DNA of 64,000 nucleotides, taken from Callorhinchus milii (lineage: Eukaryota). The stretch's first letter is position 1. Every line of letters starts with the position of its first letter. The stretch is from positions 21,576,001 to 21,640,000 of the forward strand of contig NW_024704746.1 in NCBI RefSeq assembly GCF_018977255.1, written 5' to 3'. A program made the translations under genes and the position numbers. The notes beneath the pieces were generated by a model, which searched no databases, was not told the DNA's origin, and was given only the letters and a program-made list of their open reading frames with translations. Below, one piece after another: positions 1-15,102 of this stretch.

Positions 1-118
1 TACTTACTGCTGGGTAAACAGAGGCGTGTGGAGTAAGGAAACTTGCCCCACCTGGGAATCGAACACGGGTCCTCTCATTTGTGAGGAGAGAGCTTAACCA
101 CCACCGTACAGGACTCCA
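1..118 (-). mobile_element. tRNA-derived SINE, 5' part
   Basis: Reverse complement has A/B-box head GTGGAGTCCTGTA...GTTCGATTCCC and body TTTCCTTACTCCACACGCCTCTG shared with 1927-2305. Confidence 0.8.
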
Positions 119-1926
119 CAATGAAGCTTAGCTGAATGAAGGTAAGGACAACTTATCAATTGTTAACCGGTTCTGGGCTCAAACTCATTACGCACTTGAT
201 CGAAACTGGCCAAACCCACTTTACATAGTTATTTATAGCCATTGAAGAAGGAAACTTTTCACCTCATCTGACGCTATATAAATGTAATGTTGTTGTTGTA
301 CTCAAGCTTTGCACAAGCTGAGTCCACATGTTTCAAATAGCATGAAGGACATGCTGCTTCTGCGTTGATGAAGCTGCAATGAGGAATTAAATTTCCTGTC
401 AATATGGTTCTACCCATGTTGTTTACTGGTGAAAACGTCAAACAAAGTCTGGATCTCTTCATTACAATCCAGTACAAGCAGCAGGGGGGCAAAGTGTCGA
501 CCACACCTTAAGTGCTGGTTCCATTCCATTCCTCAGTCAGTAATCTCCAAAGGTTTCCCAGACTGGAAGTGTGTACTTCCAGAAACCCTCCCTCGAAATC
601 ACCAGAACCCAGGGGTTTTTTTTTCAGGAGTTTCTTGGCAATGTGCTTGGGCTTCGATCCCACTTCCCAAACACAGAGCTCCTTTTCAATTCTCCTGAAA
701 TCCTGTTTTTCTCGGTCTGAGGGTCTCAATGAAAGAACAAACGTGTGCATTCATAGCCACAAAGCTAAACAGCCCCTGCCTGTGCTGCATTACATCATGT
801 CGAGTAGAACTAATGGCTCGAAAGCTTGTGATTCCCCAAGCCTGCTGGTGTTATTAAAGAATTAGGGAGACCCGGCTTATTCCTAACTCACAGCCTCGTA
901 AATCTGAACTTATGAAAGAGACTCTATGGCAAGGACTAGGGTAATTTTGTAAACCATTATAACGCTGCCTCTCCCTTTCCTGTCAATGAACGTCACTGGG
1001 TATGTGCTACAATTGACGCCCTCCTACAATGCAGCCGAAAGCAATTGTTCTTTTGATTTCTGAGGTCGGCTAACTGTTCTTGAAAAGGTTCCATTTATGA
1101 ACTGCGTATCCTCCCATGCACGTCTGACTCGTGTTGCTCTGTTAGCTTTTCGGGAACATTGTGTTGTCAACAAGCTGGAGAGAGTGGCCGCTGAATGGTG
1201 GCAACATCCGATTTAGATCGGAAAGAGGTTGTCAGTCTGCGTTTTCCATGTTTTACAATCCACTATTAGTCACAGATGATGAAGTACTTATTGTGGAGTG
1301 CATTGCATAATCAGGCCTTGTGATTTTAGACATTTTTTGTTTGTGTGAGCATTTCTCTTGTTTCTTCCCAACCAGCAGAGACAGAAACCTACAATGATAT
1401 CACGCTTAAACATTTAACATTTCGTGACAGGCACTGTGATGATTCCGTGATTTTGTGCTGATCCAAATTCCTGACTGGCCAGAACCTTGGGACGTCCTCC
1501 TGATGTGAAAGGCACTTTACAAATGTAATTTGTTGTCGTTGTTGTTGTTGTTGTTGTTGTGATAGTCGAACTCATTATGAAATGTCGGGTTTTCACCTAC
1601 TGCTTACTTTCCGCAGGTTTTGTAACCAGCTACCTTTCGTTGTTGAGATGCGTGATTTACTGCTGTATTCCAGAAAATAACAGGGGCTATGAAAGCGGCT
1701 TGTTTAAATGAACATTTCAGTTGACATGTCGTTCCTTGGCCTTAAGCTTGCAAAACTCAACACTTGAAATGCTAAAAATAGGGCCTGACTTGGTGACGTG
1801 TTCCAGGTTGCCATCATTTTTGTGAATGATTCAGTTTTTCCTGAATTATATAGCACTGCTCTGTAGAGTTGATTAAATCACTGAGCAAGCCGTGAGTGAA
1901 TATCAGAATGAAGATAACTGGGTTTC

Positions 1927-2305
1927 TGTGGAGTCATGTAGCTTAGGGTTAGTGCACTCGCCACGCAAGCGAGAGAACCTGGGTTTGATTCCCGGGCAGA
2001 GCAAAACATTGGGCAGGTTTCCTTACTCCACACGCCTCTGTTCACCTGGCAGTAAGTAGGAACCTGGTTGTTAGTCGATTGGCAGATTTCTTTTCTGGGG
2101 TTAATAATCCCTTCAAAAAAAATAATAATAATAATTTGGCCACTTAAATCCGCGACTGTTTGTGGGACGCTGCTGTGTGCAATTGGCTGCTGCGTTTCAC
2201 CCACAAAATATGCACTCAATTCACTTTACAGCGCTTTGAGACGCCTCGAAGACATGACAAGGCACTATTTCAAACACAAAGAATTATTATTATTATTATT
2301 ATTAC
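1927..2305 (+). mobile_element. Full-length tRNA-derived SINE with Deu-like core and (ATT)n tail
   Basis: tRNA-like head, GCTGTGTGCAATTGGCTGCTGCGTTTC core and AGCGCTTTGAGACG...ATTATTATT tail. The family recurs many times in the window. Confidence 0.85.
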
Positions 2306-5300
2306 AGTGCATAATGTGGTGTTCAGCATTCATAAAATCCTAACCCACACTATAGCAGAAGTTAGCCGTTTTTTAAGAGCAGGAAGTTAAAATAGCCAAC
2401 TTCCAGGTCATTAGGTCGACACCAACATCACGTCCTGCAAACACGTTATCAGCAAATTCTCATAATAATGAAGTGTGTTATTATAGCACTATATAGCATA
2501 GCCACACAGGCAATCCGATTAGTGTGAGAGGAGAGACTGACTGGGATCATAAGCAGATATCTCCGGGAGTGAACTGCCAGCCTTTTGACCGATCAAACTA
2601 GAAACAAAAAGTGAACTCAAAATGTGGAGGGCTGCATCGAAAGTCTTTCTGCTATAGCAGATGTGGCTTCTGGTCAGCCATCACTGTACTCCATAAGTTT
2701 CCACACTGATCTGGCCCCCTTAAGTCGACTCCAGTGCACCAAGTCTTTATGGGGAGAAAATAAGCAACCGTATATAAAAAAGAAAGAATTTGGTGTAATT
2801 AAAGGGGAAGTGTTTCTTTCGTTGATTAATTGGCTATAAAATATAATTAACTACATCTGCAAACACTTAACTAGGAGGACAGAATCCTGTGTTGTGGATT
2901 TCAGGTAATAATGCGCTCTCAGGATAAACCACAGGTGATCTACAGTCCTAATAGCCAGTCGTTCATTTCTTGTCCAATTTAAACTCAACGTCAGACACAA
3001 ATATTTCCTACAAGCACATGGTTTGTAAAACAGTCCCCCAGCTAAAATGCTTGATGAACCTTATTATAATCCTGTTACTGCACTATACATGTCTATACGT
3101 CTCCAGTTTTAAAAGTATGGCTGAAGAGCAGTGTTGGGACAATGGAACCAGTCAGTCTCTGCTTTTTTTTTTGCAAAACTGGGATTAGGCTCTCCCACAT
3201 CAAGAAGTGCACTGTCTGGATTTCAGATCAAACTCCTCCTCTTCTGTGTCTAATAATGTACCTTAACCTCAACATTTGCGGAAGTGCTCCCTGCTGCTCA
3301 AGCCTTTTGACTCTCATTTCCTTCACCTGCCATCCTTGTGGCCTCAAACTGAAAGTGACAAATTTAGTGCCAATTAATGCCCAATGGTGACTAGTCTTGT
3401 GCTGTGAATGCAGAGGCATTAGGAGCAGAGATGATGAGGCTACAAAGTGTTTCCCTTCAGGGGGATTTTCAATGGCCAAAGAGGTAGTATTCTTACTGAC
3501 TATTCCACTCAGTTCCCCTTATGTCAGCTTTATTTCACAGATGGACTTTTCTAAAATATCTGGCAATTCAACAATTTGTAATATTAAAGAATGAATAGGT
3601 CAGTACAGTAGTTTTCTCTACCTCGGTTTTATGAATTATTGTTTTGATCTTCTCACCTGGAAAATGGTAAGTCTAGCTTTTGTGTCGCTTAAGAATATCT
3701 TTGTTGCACTGTTGAGTGCTGGGACATTGGTTAATTTCTTACAAACGATGCAGAAAGGGTGAACTTGGGATCTTTGCTGTGAAAGTTACACACAGTGTAA
3801 CACATTCCTGGAAAATTCAGGAATGAGTTACAACTGGAAATGACCAGACAGAAGGCTGAAGCTTCAAATGGTGGGATTGTGTTTATTAGCAAATAGCCAC
3901 AAAAGGCAAGTCTTGTGGTCTCTAAGGGCAGTTTATTGCTGGTAACTGATCGATTTGGATTATTTTTGGGTGTCTAATCTTTCCAAATACCAGCATGAAG
4001 TGCAGAAGAGAAGCACTAATTATCTCACAGTATGATCTCTCTCTCTCTAGCACTTTGCCTTCATTCAATTATTCTCTGTCTAGTACATCAACTGGAATGC
4101 AAGATTTACTATCAAGAGAAAGAGACTAACGCCCTAGCATTACATCACACAACATGCTAGTGCACCACCATTACAGATAGGCTCACAGATTTTGTCCAGT
4201 ACTGGTTTCATCGTGGCGCCAGGAGACGAAGGACTTCGGTAACTCGCACCCAATTCTCAACACTCTAACTCAAAGTCGTGTTTTATTCCTTATGAAAGCT
4301 TGGCAAAGATGTTTGGTGTGAAATCATAGAAATTAAATTTAGCTACACGATATAAAGCATGATATCAGATGTCTTGTGTCTTAAAGGGGTGTGCCAAATT
4401 CACGACTATTTGCTTATCCCTAAAATCTGCTAGACAGCTACATCCACTCCAGAAGATGACAAAGGAACCTGGTAGTTCCGGACTTAAAGTAGCTTTGGCA
4501 GAGTGACAGACAGCTGAAGTTGGCCCCTGGTATAATGCTAATAAGTGTTAATAGTTGAGGCATGTAATCTTACTTGGATCTTCTGAACTTGTTACTCCGA
4601 CCGGAACAATTAGTAATTTTAGAATGTACAGCGAAAACAAAAGGGTTCATATCTGACTTTACTGCTTTTTTTCCTCCCGGTAGTGGAGGGTAAACAAGGT
4701 TTGGTCTCCTGTGGGAGTAACTGCTATTGCTGGCGAGGCAGAGTTCGTATGTTGCATCTTTTTTGCAAATGCATTTTCAGTATCTCATCACAAAAAGCTC
4801 TGAACCATAAACACATAGAGGCTTCCACACCCGACTGTTTTCATACCCACACCCCCCACCCCAGTGAACTATGTCTTCCATCTGAGTGAGATAACCAGGT
4901 TAGTTTCAGTTTTTGTTTAATTAGAACAATTTTCTCTGGTGGGTTTGTGTGCACAAGGAGCTCAGTTGAGACCTCCCCAAAGTTTGCTTATTTACAATCC
5001 TTACAGCTGGCAGAGAAGAGAATCTTTCTCATTTGTTTAGGGAAAGATTTGAAGCTAAAGGGCAGAGGTCGAATGCACTGCGCCGCACAGATCAATTATT
5101 TTCTTGGAAAACGGAAGTTAATCCTATCAAGGCACCACTGCAATTTTCAACAGAAGTAAATGAATCATCCCCACATGTTTGGTCACATGTCCAATGTGAG
5201 TTACAGAGAAGATGCAGCCCTCGCTTTAACTACAACCCACATATTTAGTTAGAAGTCAGCACATCTACACTAAACCACAATGCAGGTCCACCTAATCCCT

Positions 5301-6084
5301 ATCCCCAAACTCATCTATTCTCCTCAGATCAAGTGCTCTGGGACGCTATATAAATGCAAGTTGTTGTTGTTTAATAGTAGAATTGAAGTTGTGCAGATTT
5401 GATTCAGCCAGAGAAGAGATTGTGCACCAAGCAATCTCTAACCAATTCTAGCTGAAAACATTATTGAATGAATGACAAATTATGAAATTCAATTATAGAC
5501 TTTCTCCATCAACAATATTTAATTAACAACTAAATGTTTAGCTCACAACCTAATTAAATAATATTCGATGTATTTGATACAGCGCCTTTCATGCCGTGAG
5601 GATGTCTTAAAGTTCTTTACTGGATTTACTGTAAAGTTAGCGACTGTGTATTTAAGTGAATGATTGATGGTGTTTAAGAAAAGAGAGAGATTTTGGAGTC
5701 ACGATCAATTAGACTTTCTGTTGAAAACTGAAGAACCCTTTGTCCTCGATGCTTTCCGCTATTAAGATTAATAAAATAAGTACCATATCTAAAATGGAAG
5801 CCCACCTCAGGGCATTGGAGAGGGGAACTAAACCAAATCTCCCACAGGTGCAACTGGCTCCAACGAGACATTAATCCCAAATCCCCAGTAATTCATGGCG
5901 GATATGAAGGTATAGACATGTCCGCGACCATCAAAAGCAAAGCTCTGATGGGTAGGGTGGTCTCAGCTTGACAAGTACTGTACTGTGTGATTATGTTTTG
6001 TAACCATCAGAACTCCCAGTTTTCTGGCACTTAAAATGGCATCAAACCAAGAAGCATATTTAAAGAATTAAAATAAGGGCTTAC

Positions 6085-6256
6085 TTCCAACCATGGCTGT
6101 TTGATGTCAGCCATGCTCTTCTGCGGAGCTGCTGAATGAGAGAAAAAGTCAAGTGCACTCTCTGGGCCACTCTCACGCATGCCCTGGTAGTTGGCATCAG
6201 AGTGGGATTGGCAGAGCTCTGGTCTGGGCCGTCCTGTCCTACCCGTGCTGAGATGA
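6085..6256 (-). CDS. Candidate exon of an unidentified minus-strand gene
   Basis: Minus strand: TTTTTTCTCATTAG| acceptor (alternative TCTACAG| at 6301), GAA|GTAAGC donor, and open frame HLSTGRTGRPRPELCQSHSDANYQGMRESGPESALDFFSHSAAPQKSMADIKQPWLE. I do not recognise the protein. Confidence 0.4.
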
Positions 6257-6372
6257 CTAATGAGAAAAAATGAGACAAAACTTCCAAGACAAGGGTACCA
6301 GCTGTAGAAACATTCAGATCACACTTTCATTATGTTTTATTATTGTTTCCCTCATTCTCTCCCCTTCCCACC

Positions 6373-6380
<8 letters not shown>

Positions 6381-6407
<27 letters not shown>
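6381..6407. repeat. (CA)n microsatellite
   Basis: Direct reading. Confidence 0.9.
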
Positions 6408-9400
6408 TTTGTGTGTTTGTAGGAGTCTGCCAATGTAGCTGAGAAATGGGCAGTTGAGATGTGAATGTGGAAGACCTGGAAAAACAGTGCAGGCGGAAAA
6501 GAGGAGGAAAAATGCATTTTAAAAAAAAACAAGTTTTAACAAAAATGACCATGTGCTGTTAATTAATTTCTTAATGGAATCTTTCTAAATTAAGCCCGAC
6601 TACCTCATAAAACTAGAAATCCCGAGTCCTGGAATTAAATCCCGAGAGTTACTGGTGTCACTTGACTCTACAGAACATCAGTTTTGTTCTTTGTGGAGAA
6701 AAGTATTGTATTGATTTACTAAGCCCCAGAATTACAGAGCCACCATTTGATATGAAACGTTCTTAATGTTTCCTTTGCCAAACAACCTTCATCATAACTG
6801 ACTGCCTTGCATTCCAATACGAACACATGTACACTGTCTAACTGAACCAGAGTTCGAGCTGGTCTCAGTTCCAGTACAAAGCAGTAATAATCCATGTTGG
6901 GACCCAGACTGCCTGACTCCACTGTAGACCAGGACCAGCTGCAACATATGCGCTGTCTTACCACCCGCATCACAACATCTCCTGGGATTTGCTCAGTCGC
7001 TGAATCCGTCTGTACAACTTGGGACATAACATGAGACTCCTGTTTAACATCTCCAAATTATGGTTTTTATAAACATGGGCCACCAAGGAAAGATCAGAGG
7101 CTGGAGTGATGCTGCGGTGTTAAAGGCTCTACAGTCTTGGTATAAAAAGATTCTGTGAGTTCATTCATATTTCATTTCAACTGTGTAGCTCATCCATAGG
7201 GAAAAAAAGGCTTCAAAGCAGAAATGCTGCTGTGAAATTAATATGCAACAAGTCAAGCCCTTGTCTTTTGTCCAACAATAGTTGTTTGAAAATCTGAATG
7301 TGCCATTGTTGACCATTTGCACCAGAAAAATGTTAATGGAAAGACCATTAAATAAGAGTAGGCAGAACTTCAACATTCACAATTGCCTACAGCTGAATTT
7401 GACATTTAATGTGCAATAATTATTTTAGAGAGGGAAAAAGGATTGGGGGGGATGGAAGCTGCAGATAACATACCTCTCAGATTCTCAAGAAGGATATTTA
7501 CAATGGGTCATGACTCACAATAAAATGTTTTAAAGGCTACAACAGATCTGTTCCACTCAATTGAGCTACTAGCAACAAATTTGAGCTACGAGCAACGATT
7601 AGACAAGCTAGGCCGCTTCAGTTGTGAAAGGAGACGGTTTAGAGCGAGGGGTATAGATATTTTGGAGCAATACGATCAAATTGACCAAAGGGCCTTTTTC
7701 ATCAGAACTGATCTTGTGATCTATTCTTCAAATTTGAGCGCTGTATAAATAGTCAAGGACACTTCTACTGTACATTGCTGTGAATACAATCGCACAAAAA
7801 TGATCATGGTGAATATATATATATATATAACTTAAAGGGAGAGGTTTATTTTGTGGCAATTGTTTTTTATGTAGTTATTAAAAAATCAATAATAAGTAGA
7901 GTTTATACTTAAAGATTTTTTTATAAAATTATTTGCTGGCCAGTCAATCGAGAAGGAGGCTGGGTCCTCTTCGTCAGTCCTTACACACAGTTGAGAAATG
8001 GGGGAAAAGTCTTTCAAAATGAACTGAAATCTGAGCCTCCTGTATCTTAGCCAACAGCGTCATCTTAACATCATCGCCTATTGACAAAGCAGAACCACAG
8101 CGAGCCAGGAAGGAAATTTAATCCAGGGAATGGGAAGCTCACAATGTCCAGTAACTCCCGTATTACCTAATTGTCCTCTAACTGAAATAAGAGTTTGTTT
8201 CCCTCCACATTGAACCAATATTGAGAACAAGAACGGGTGTAAGGTATTAATATTCACGCATGTCTTGGATTCATAATAGGGAAAGATTTATGAGGACCAA
8301 TGAAAGAGGACTGAGATTAAAGCAGCCCTTTCAACGGAGAGAATCAATTTGCATTATATAGGGTGACCAAAAGTTGTGATATCTACCCCATTATCTAAAT
8401 ATATATAGATATATGTGTATAATCATCATTTCTTTAAGACTTATTAGACATCGTGGTGATATCATGACTTTTTGGTCACCCTGTATGTGCAGCTTGAAGA
8501 GGGAAATAATTACAGAAGCAAAAAAACATCTTAAACTTCAATACAAAGACATCAGATTCTCGTGTACACAGCAATGTAATCACAGATTTGGATACTTTAC
8601 TGTGAATGACAAAGTACCACTTCCAGTCATCAGGGTCACTGTGCATCGTGCACTGAATTCTAATCACTTTAGATGAATAGCACCAGTTAGGCCATCTCGC
8701 CAATAAAATCACAATGTTATAGGGGTGGTTTTTTTGTATTTGAAACAGCAAGGTTGGAATTGCCCTGGTTCGTTGGAATGGTAAATGTAGGCTTTTAAAA
8801 TCAAATTAGAAGTCTAATAAATTGCCCGCTGTTATCTTATACTGATTGCTTACAAGTGCTCCGTATTATAAATATGCTCTATAATGCTGCATGTTTTAAT
8901 AACAAGTAGATTGTGATACTGTTTTAAGATTTTTATATACTTTAAACATACAATATGTTCCACGAAGCGCTTTGAGTCCTCTCAACAACGTGGTATATCA
9001 AATGCAAGGATTATTATTTTACTTAAAGATTCTATAATCTGCTTCGCCTTTTCAGAGGTTGTCCTCTAAGAGGGCCTTTTATTCGAAACATTTCCCCCTC
9101 TCTGTCGGGTGCAATTATTCCAAATCCTCACACACTCGCTCTACAGTAAATAAACATTCAAAGCTCATTCTTCATCAAGTACTCGGAGGCATATTCCTTA
9201 TTGGGAACAGTTATGCCACAGTGATATATGTGGTAAAATGCACATTGAGAACATTTGCCCTTGAAGTCTTTGGAGTCCTCCTTATTGGAAACAATTATGC
9301 GACAATAATATTTGGGGTTAGATGAATCATCTGTAAAGCTATGAGTGGACACATTTGGAATATGGTAGCTGTAGAAAGGCCATAACAGGATGTAAATGTC

Positions 9401-12400
9401 CACCACAAATTGTTTCAATCTTTGGAAAACTTTTTTTTCGCTCAACGTTAATGGATCGCAAATCCAGTAGGAGAAATATCATTTTAATAGGTTTCCAAGA
9501 ACTTTCACCAACATAATCTGATTAGTAATATTGAGTTGTTTACAACAACAACAACAACAAGATTCCATTTATAGAGCGCCTTTCACGTCAGGAGGACGTC
9601 CCAAGGCGCTGTTTAACATTCAACGTGTATTGGAAGCTAGATTACAGTAAGTAAACCAGAGACGTCAATCTTCAAATTTTTATTTCTTACATTTTCTAGC
9701 AGCACTGACTGAGCCCGTTGATGAAGGGTCGAAAGGACCCTTCCCCCAATAGCTCAGTCTGCACATCCGTTACATAATTTTATTGCAGAGCCATCTAGTC
9801 TAGATGAGAGCCATTGTCTTCAAGGGAAAAGAGAATGGAAGATCGAGAGAGTGGTGAAGATTTGTTAAGGTGTGCATTTTTCGAATGTGCCATTGGTTAG
9901 CTTAACGTACAGTACTATGCACATTTACAAAGCAGGACTCTCAAAAGCAGCAGCATACTGATAGCATGGTGGTAAACATCTGCCACGTATAAACAAGCGC
10001 TCAATAACGTTCCTTTAATAAACGGCGCCAAAGGATTCCCCCAAGATATTGATTTCTTTTCTCCGTGCGTATGTGTGAGGCAGATATCATTTAGCAACTG
10101 TTGGCAGCAACTTGGATTTCGTTTCAGTGTGTCACTCTGCATAAACTAAAGGTCACACAATTGGATGCCATCTCTCTAAGACAGTAACTTAGCTTGTTTC
10201 AACCACAGCCTGTGGTAGTCCCTCTCCCTTCCGTGACAGAGGAGGTTTGTGGCTGCCTGCTCTCACACAACAGCAATGAAAACCACATTTCACTGCTGCA
10301 CGCTTGTAAAGAATAACATGAACATGCTCGGCACTTCCAAGCGACTCTCACATGACCAAAAATCCCCCAGAAAGCCATCACGATGCATAGGCGGTTGTTT
10401 GTGACTAATATGGAAAAACAACTTTTCTCTCTGAATTCTCAAATGTTACGCGTTTTGAATAGATGGAGAAGAGTGCCACCATAAATGGGTTCGGTGAAGG
10501 GAGATCAGTCAAGGGTGATAAACCCCGGTTTTCATAGTAAAAACCACAGGAAATACTCCTGACAGATTATTTTTAATTAGAGCTAATGGCATAAAGTCGG
10601 TCATTGTAGAAGCACAACAGCAAGGAGACAGCAACGATCTGAGGGGGTTGTTTAACCCTTTGATTTCACAGCAAAGCACCACAAGAAAGTGTGATAGGGT
10701 GGCTTTACTGTTGTCCGCAATAATGTGTTTATGTGGTATTATACCCCTGGCATTACTTTCACTGGCTTTCAAATTTCAGATGGGGCTGCCCAAACTATTG
10801 GCCAGTTTGTATTTTCCCAGATGGTTTACTGTTCGTTCATTACAGCATACAAAAGCCAGGCATTAATTATGTGTGCTATATAATTTTCCGTTCCAATTGT
10901 GAGCGGTTGTGTCTGGTGGTAATAAAGTTTACCTTCACCTGGCATGAATCTAGTTCCAACCCTATGAAAAGGGGGAAATGATGGGAGAAATCGTTCTTTT
11001 GAGTGGAGATGCACGAATGTCGTTCAAAGCACTGAATCCGTAACAGAAGCAGGATATGCTCCCCTTTTTCCCCAAAAGATCTCAGTACCAGGGCCCCTTG
11101 TTGGCCCACAGTTGCATCTGAATCGCCACCCAAGGCCATGACAGCAGCTGGTATGATTTGAAGGAATTTAAATGGATGCCTGTGTTCGTGAAAGTTTCCA
11201 CACTCGTTCCGCCCTCTTTCTGTAACCGGCTCTCTCCCAGCTCCTAGTTCCCGTCTGTCCTGACACATTGGATCCAGCTGATCGCAGCTGCATCAGCTGA
11301 GGAAGCAGACACAGACACACACACACACATTGACTGGCCTGCAAACCAGCAGCAGCGAGAGATCAACCAGCAACTCTCGGATCTTGCCAGCTCGAGGTCA
11401 CGTCAAACCCATCAGGCTATGTTTGGAATATTTTCTGGAGCTTTTGGGCAAACCTACCCTCGAAAGGATGTTGGAGAGGATTCCGAGAAGGATATTTCGG
11501 GAACTTAAGGCTCTAAAAAGCTACGTTGAAAGTCTCATTTCTAACAAACGTTTATTTTCAAAGAAAAAAAGAAATGTGAAAGAAGACATGACCTGCGTTT
11601 TTAAATCGTTGAGTGGCATAAGCTATTATTGATATAATCAAGCAACTGAACTTGGATCGTGACCACAGAACTATAAGACACCACTATAAAGTTCACAAGC
11701 CTCGAGCAAGAGGCAGATTATAAGAAACACAAACAATTTTGGCAATATATGAAACAGACGCCCGGCAAAGGCAGTTAATGGTGTGTTGATTGACTGCTTC
11801 AAAAAAAAGAGTTGGATAAATATCAGGTTAGGAACAGAATTGAAGGTTATAGGGATAAGTAGAGACAGAAATAATCCAAACAACACTCCATAGATCACCA
11901 TGGTTCCTGCACTGCTGACTGTATCATCTGTGAAAAGCAACCGGTCAAATGAGGGTAGTAAAACCTCTTTGGTTTCCTCAGCTACGTTCAGGGTCAGGAA
12001 GAAATTTTACAGAAATTTCCTTTAGGAAATCAAATAAGTGGGTTGAGTCGACACCAAAGCAGCGTCCAGCTGATCTGCTGAATGAGTGCCCACTCCCCCT
12101 CCCAACCCCCACCCACGTACAATTTTTTTATCTAAGGTTTCGCCCACAGAATAGACAGTCAATTCACTTTACAGTATACTTTGTGCAGCGCTTTGAGACG
12201 TCTCGAAGACGTGATAAGGCGCTGTATCGAATGCGAGGATTGTTATTATTATTAAGGTTGTCGGTTGTTCATCCACCCTTGCTTTGGAGGACTTATTTTG
12301 AGGCCTAATTTTTTTTTTTAATTTCATTTTAACCACTCTCAGATAGCTGCAATCCATTAAGATATTATCCAAATCAATTTGGAGCAGGAGTAATCAAAAA

Positions 12401-13149
12401 ATCCCTTTTGACCCTGTCGGCCTGATTCATTAGAAAGAGCCACACTCTGGAAAATACTTTCAGATGAGAGATACTAAATAAAATCTCACAAGTGAGAGTG
12501 GACCCCTGATCCCCTGTTCGTAGTGTTCATTTGTTTCCACTTTGCGTATTAAAAGAAACTGTGGAAAATCAGTAAAACTTTTTATAGGAATGCGCGGTAC
12601 CATAAATTCGGGGGTTTAAACAAGAAAACATTTGAACCCCATGGAACTGCTTTAGTTGCTGAAAAAGTAATAAATGTGTCAATTCTTTTGTGTCTGACAC
12701 CTTTATTTAAATCATAGAGTTCACGGCTTGAATACCCTGATTTAATTTCCGCAGCTCCCTTCCTCGTGTCCCGGGTCCATCCCACTTTAAGGAATACATC
12801 ATTCATGAATGTGGTTAGAATCATCCTGACTTTGGTAATATTTTTGCACTCGGTAGTAAAATCTTTTTTTGAAAACCTGTGGTGAAATTCCTCCTGCCAC
12901 ACTGCGTAGCAACTTATAAGCACATATCGTCGTCGGTGAGAGGAATTTCTCACTTTAAATCTGTTATGAGGGTTGGCAACACTGAGCTGCATTTTGCGCT
13001 ATGAATCGTAAGTATAAAATATTATCACTCACTTAAAAGCAAATCACCAATTATACTTAATACTTGAGGGGTAGACCAAATGAAAACTCTTCCCCTCTGT
13101 AGTACACAGATTATACACGGTCTTTGTCGTCACTTCATTTTACTTCACG

Positions 13150-13445
13150 TGCGTTTTCACCCACAAAACACACAGTCACTACACTTTACAGTGTATCCTG
13201 CGAACCGTTTTGAGACGTCTTGATGACGTGATAAGGCTCTGTATCAAATGCAAGGATTATTATTATTACTTTCAGATAATAATCTACGACTGTTTGTGGG
13301 GACGCCGCTGTGCGCAATTGGCTGCTGGGTTTCGCCCCCAAAATATACAGTCAATTCACTTTACAGTATATTCCATGAAGCGCTTTAAGATGTCTCGAAG
13401 ATGTGATAAGGCGCTATAGCAAATGCAAGGATTATTATTATTACT
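13150..13445 (+). mobile_element. Two tandem 5'-truncated SINE copies
   Basis: Two successive tails ending ATCAAATGCAAGGATTATTATT or a close variant. Confidence 0.8.
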
Positions 13446-14289
13446 TGACTATACTCTTGTGTTTGAACAGATACTGAGAACAGCAACACCTATAGGGGTT
13501 TTGTGGTACGACATCTATTTTCTAAGACTTGGAACATTTTAGCAATTGAAAATAAATTTATGAATTCAAATGCTTCCAACCCCTCATTAGAACCTCTGTG
13601 ACTTGCTGCTAGATCTCTGCCAAAGGAACTGTGAAACTGTTCAGGAGGAGACGCACACGAGAGCAAGCTCAGTTACCAAAACCTCGAGTTTTTCCACTTC
13701 ATGGGTTCCACATTTTTGATAAATCTCGATCTGAACTTGAACTCGCCTGACTTTGCTCATAATTGGATATTAATTCAATTGCATGTTCGTGATCCCTCGT
13801 CTTCCAAGCAAATTATTCCTCCTCTTTAATCTTCCTCCCCCAGATCACACACCATTCCAGACTAAGAGGGTGGGCAGTTGACTATTTGCCAGCTAACCCT
13901 GCTGATGTGTGCCGAGGAGGTTTGCGAACAGTAGCCAAGGCAGAGACAACTGACTTAACTCATTTTCCTTCCGTCCCTCCCACTTCCTTTTTGTCCTCCA
14001 ATCTTCTCTTCCATTGCTCAAGGCCTCCCCTTTAACAGCTCACGTTGACTTCATTGCTTGTCTGATAGATTGATGCATTACCGCATTTAAAAGAGGAATC
14101 AGAACCACACTTCATCAGGTTTGGTGTCTTGCCGTTTTAGAAAGGAAGGAAATACCAGGTGGCCCTGAGCAGCTCTCCTTTTGGAAGCCACATCCCTTTC
14201 ACAAGAAACTGGTGTTACTTTAATGGCACGCAAGTCCTAGTTTGGGCACTTGTGCTAAACTCTGTAAAACGTCAATAGAATTGCCTTGC

Positions 14290-14600
14290 AATCGTTTGTC
14301 AGAGGTGCCATCCTTCGGATGAGATGTTTCACTGAGGTCCCTGTTCAGGTGGATGTCCAAAAAAAAAGGCGCGATGCAAAAAAAGAAAAAGGAGTTTCTC
14401 CCGTTGTCTTGGCCAACAATCCCCCAAATAAAATTGGTCGGTTCGCTTCATGGCTGTTTGTGGCACATCACTGTGCTGCATAAATTGGCTGCTGTGTTCG
14501 CTTACAATGTGCACAGTTACGATACCTTACAGTAAAATCCTGGGAAGTGCTTTGAGATGCACTCCTGATGTGATAAGACGCAATATCAAATGCAAGGATC
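14290..14600 (+). mobile_element. Older Deu-domain SINE
   Basis: GAGGTGCCATCCTTCGGATGAGATG...TCTTGGCCAACA...AAATTGGCTGCTGTGTT, resembling the DeuSINE/SacSINE-type central domain. Confidence 0.65.
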
Positions 14601-15102
14601 CGCAAACAATTGCCCCCGTCCACCAACAGTACAGAGATGCACTCAACCTATAGAAACTTACAGCAAACTGTAGAAGTTTACACCCAAAGCCATTCCATTC
14701 CTTTATAAGCAAGGCAGCACATTGAAAAGGATAGATCTGGATTTACGGGCACCTGTATAAGGTGCAGTTAGTTCCATCTGAAAATACAAGTACACAGATC
14801 AAGGTTTCATTTCTGCTGAAGATACATTTAGTATTTGATACAGTTCTTTGAGTAGCTAAGAGAATTAACATTAATTATTGTAGATAGTAAGTCCTATATT
14901 CTTAAAAATCCTTAAAAAAAACCCTGTGATTGCAAAATGTGATTCATCAAAGTGAATGGTGATGAATCCCAGAGTTCTATGCATATTTTCCTTTGCAACG
15001 GAATAATTTGGCAGGAAGCAAATCAATAAAAATGAAGGAATACAACCTCATAGCACACATGTTCAGCAACACACAGGAAAAAAAGTGTATAACCAACTCG
15101 GT

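Noticed and set aside
1927-2000. tRNA-like sequences here and at 15340-15410, 27773-27830, 31232-31282 and 37945-38007
   Set aside because: They are SINE heads continuous with the SINE body and do not form complete cloverleaves.
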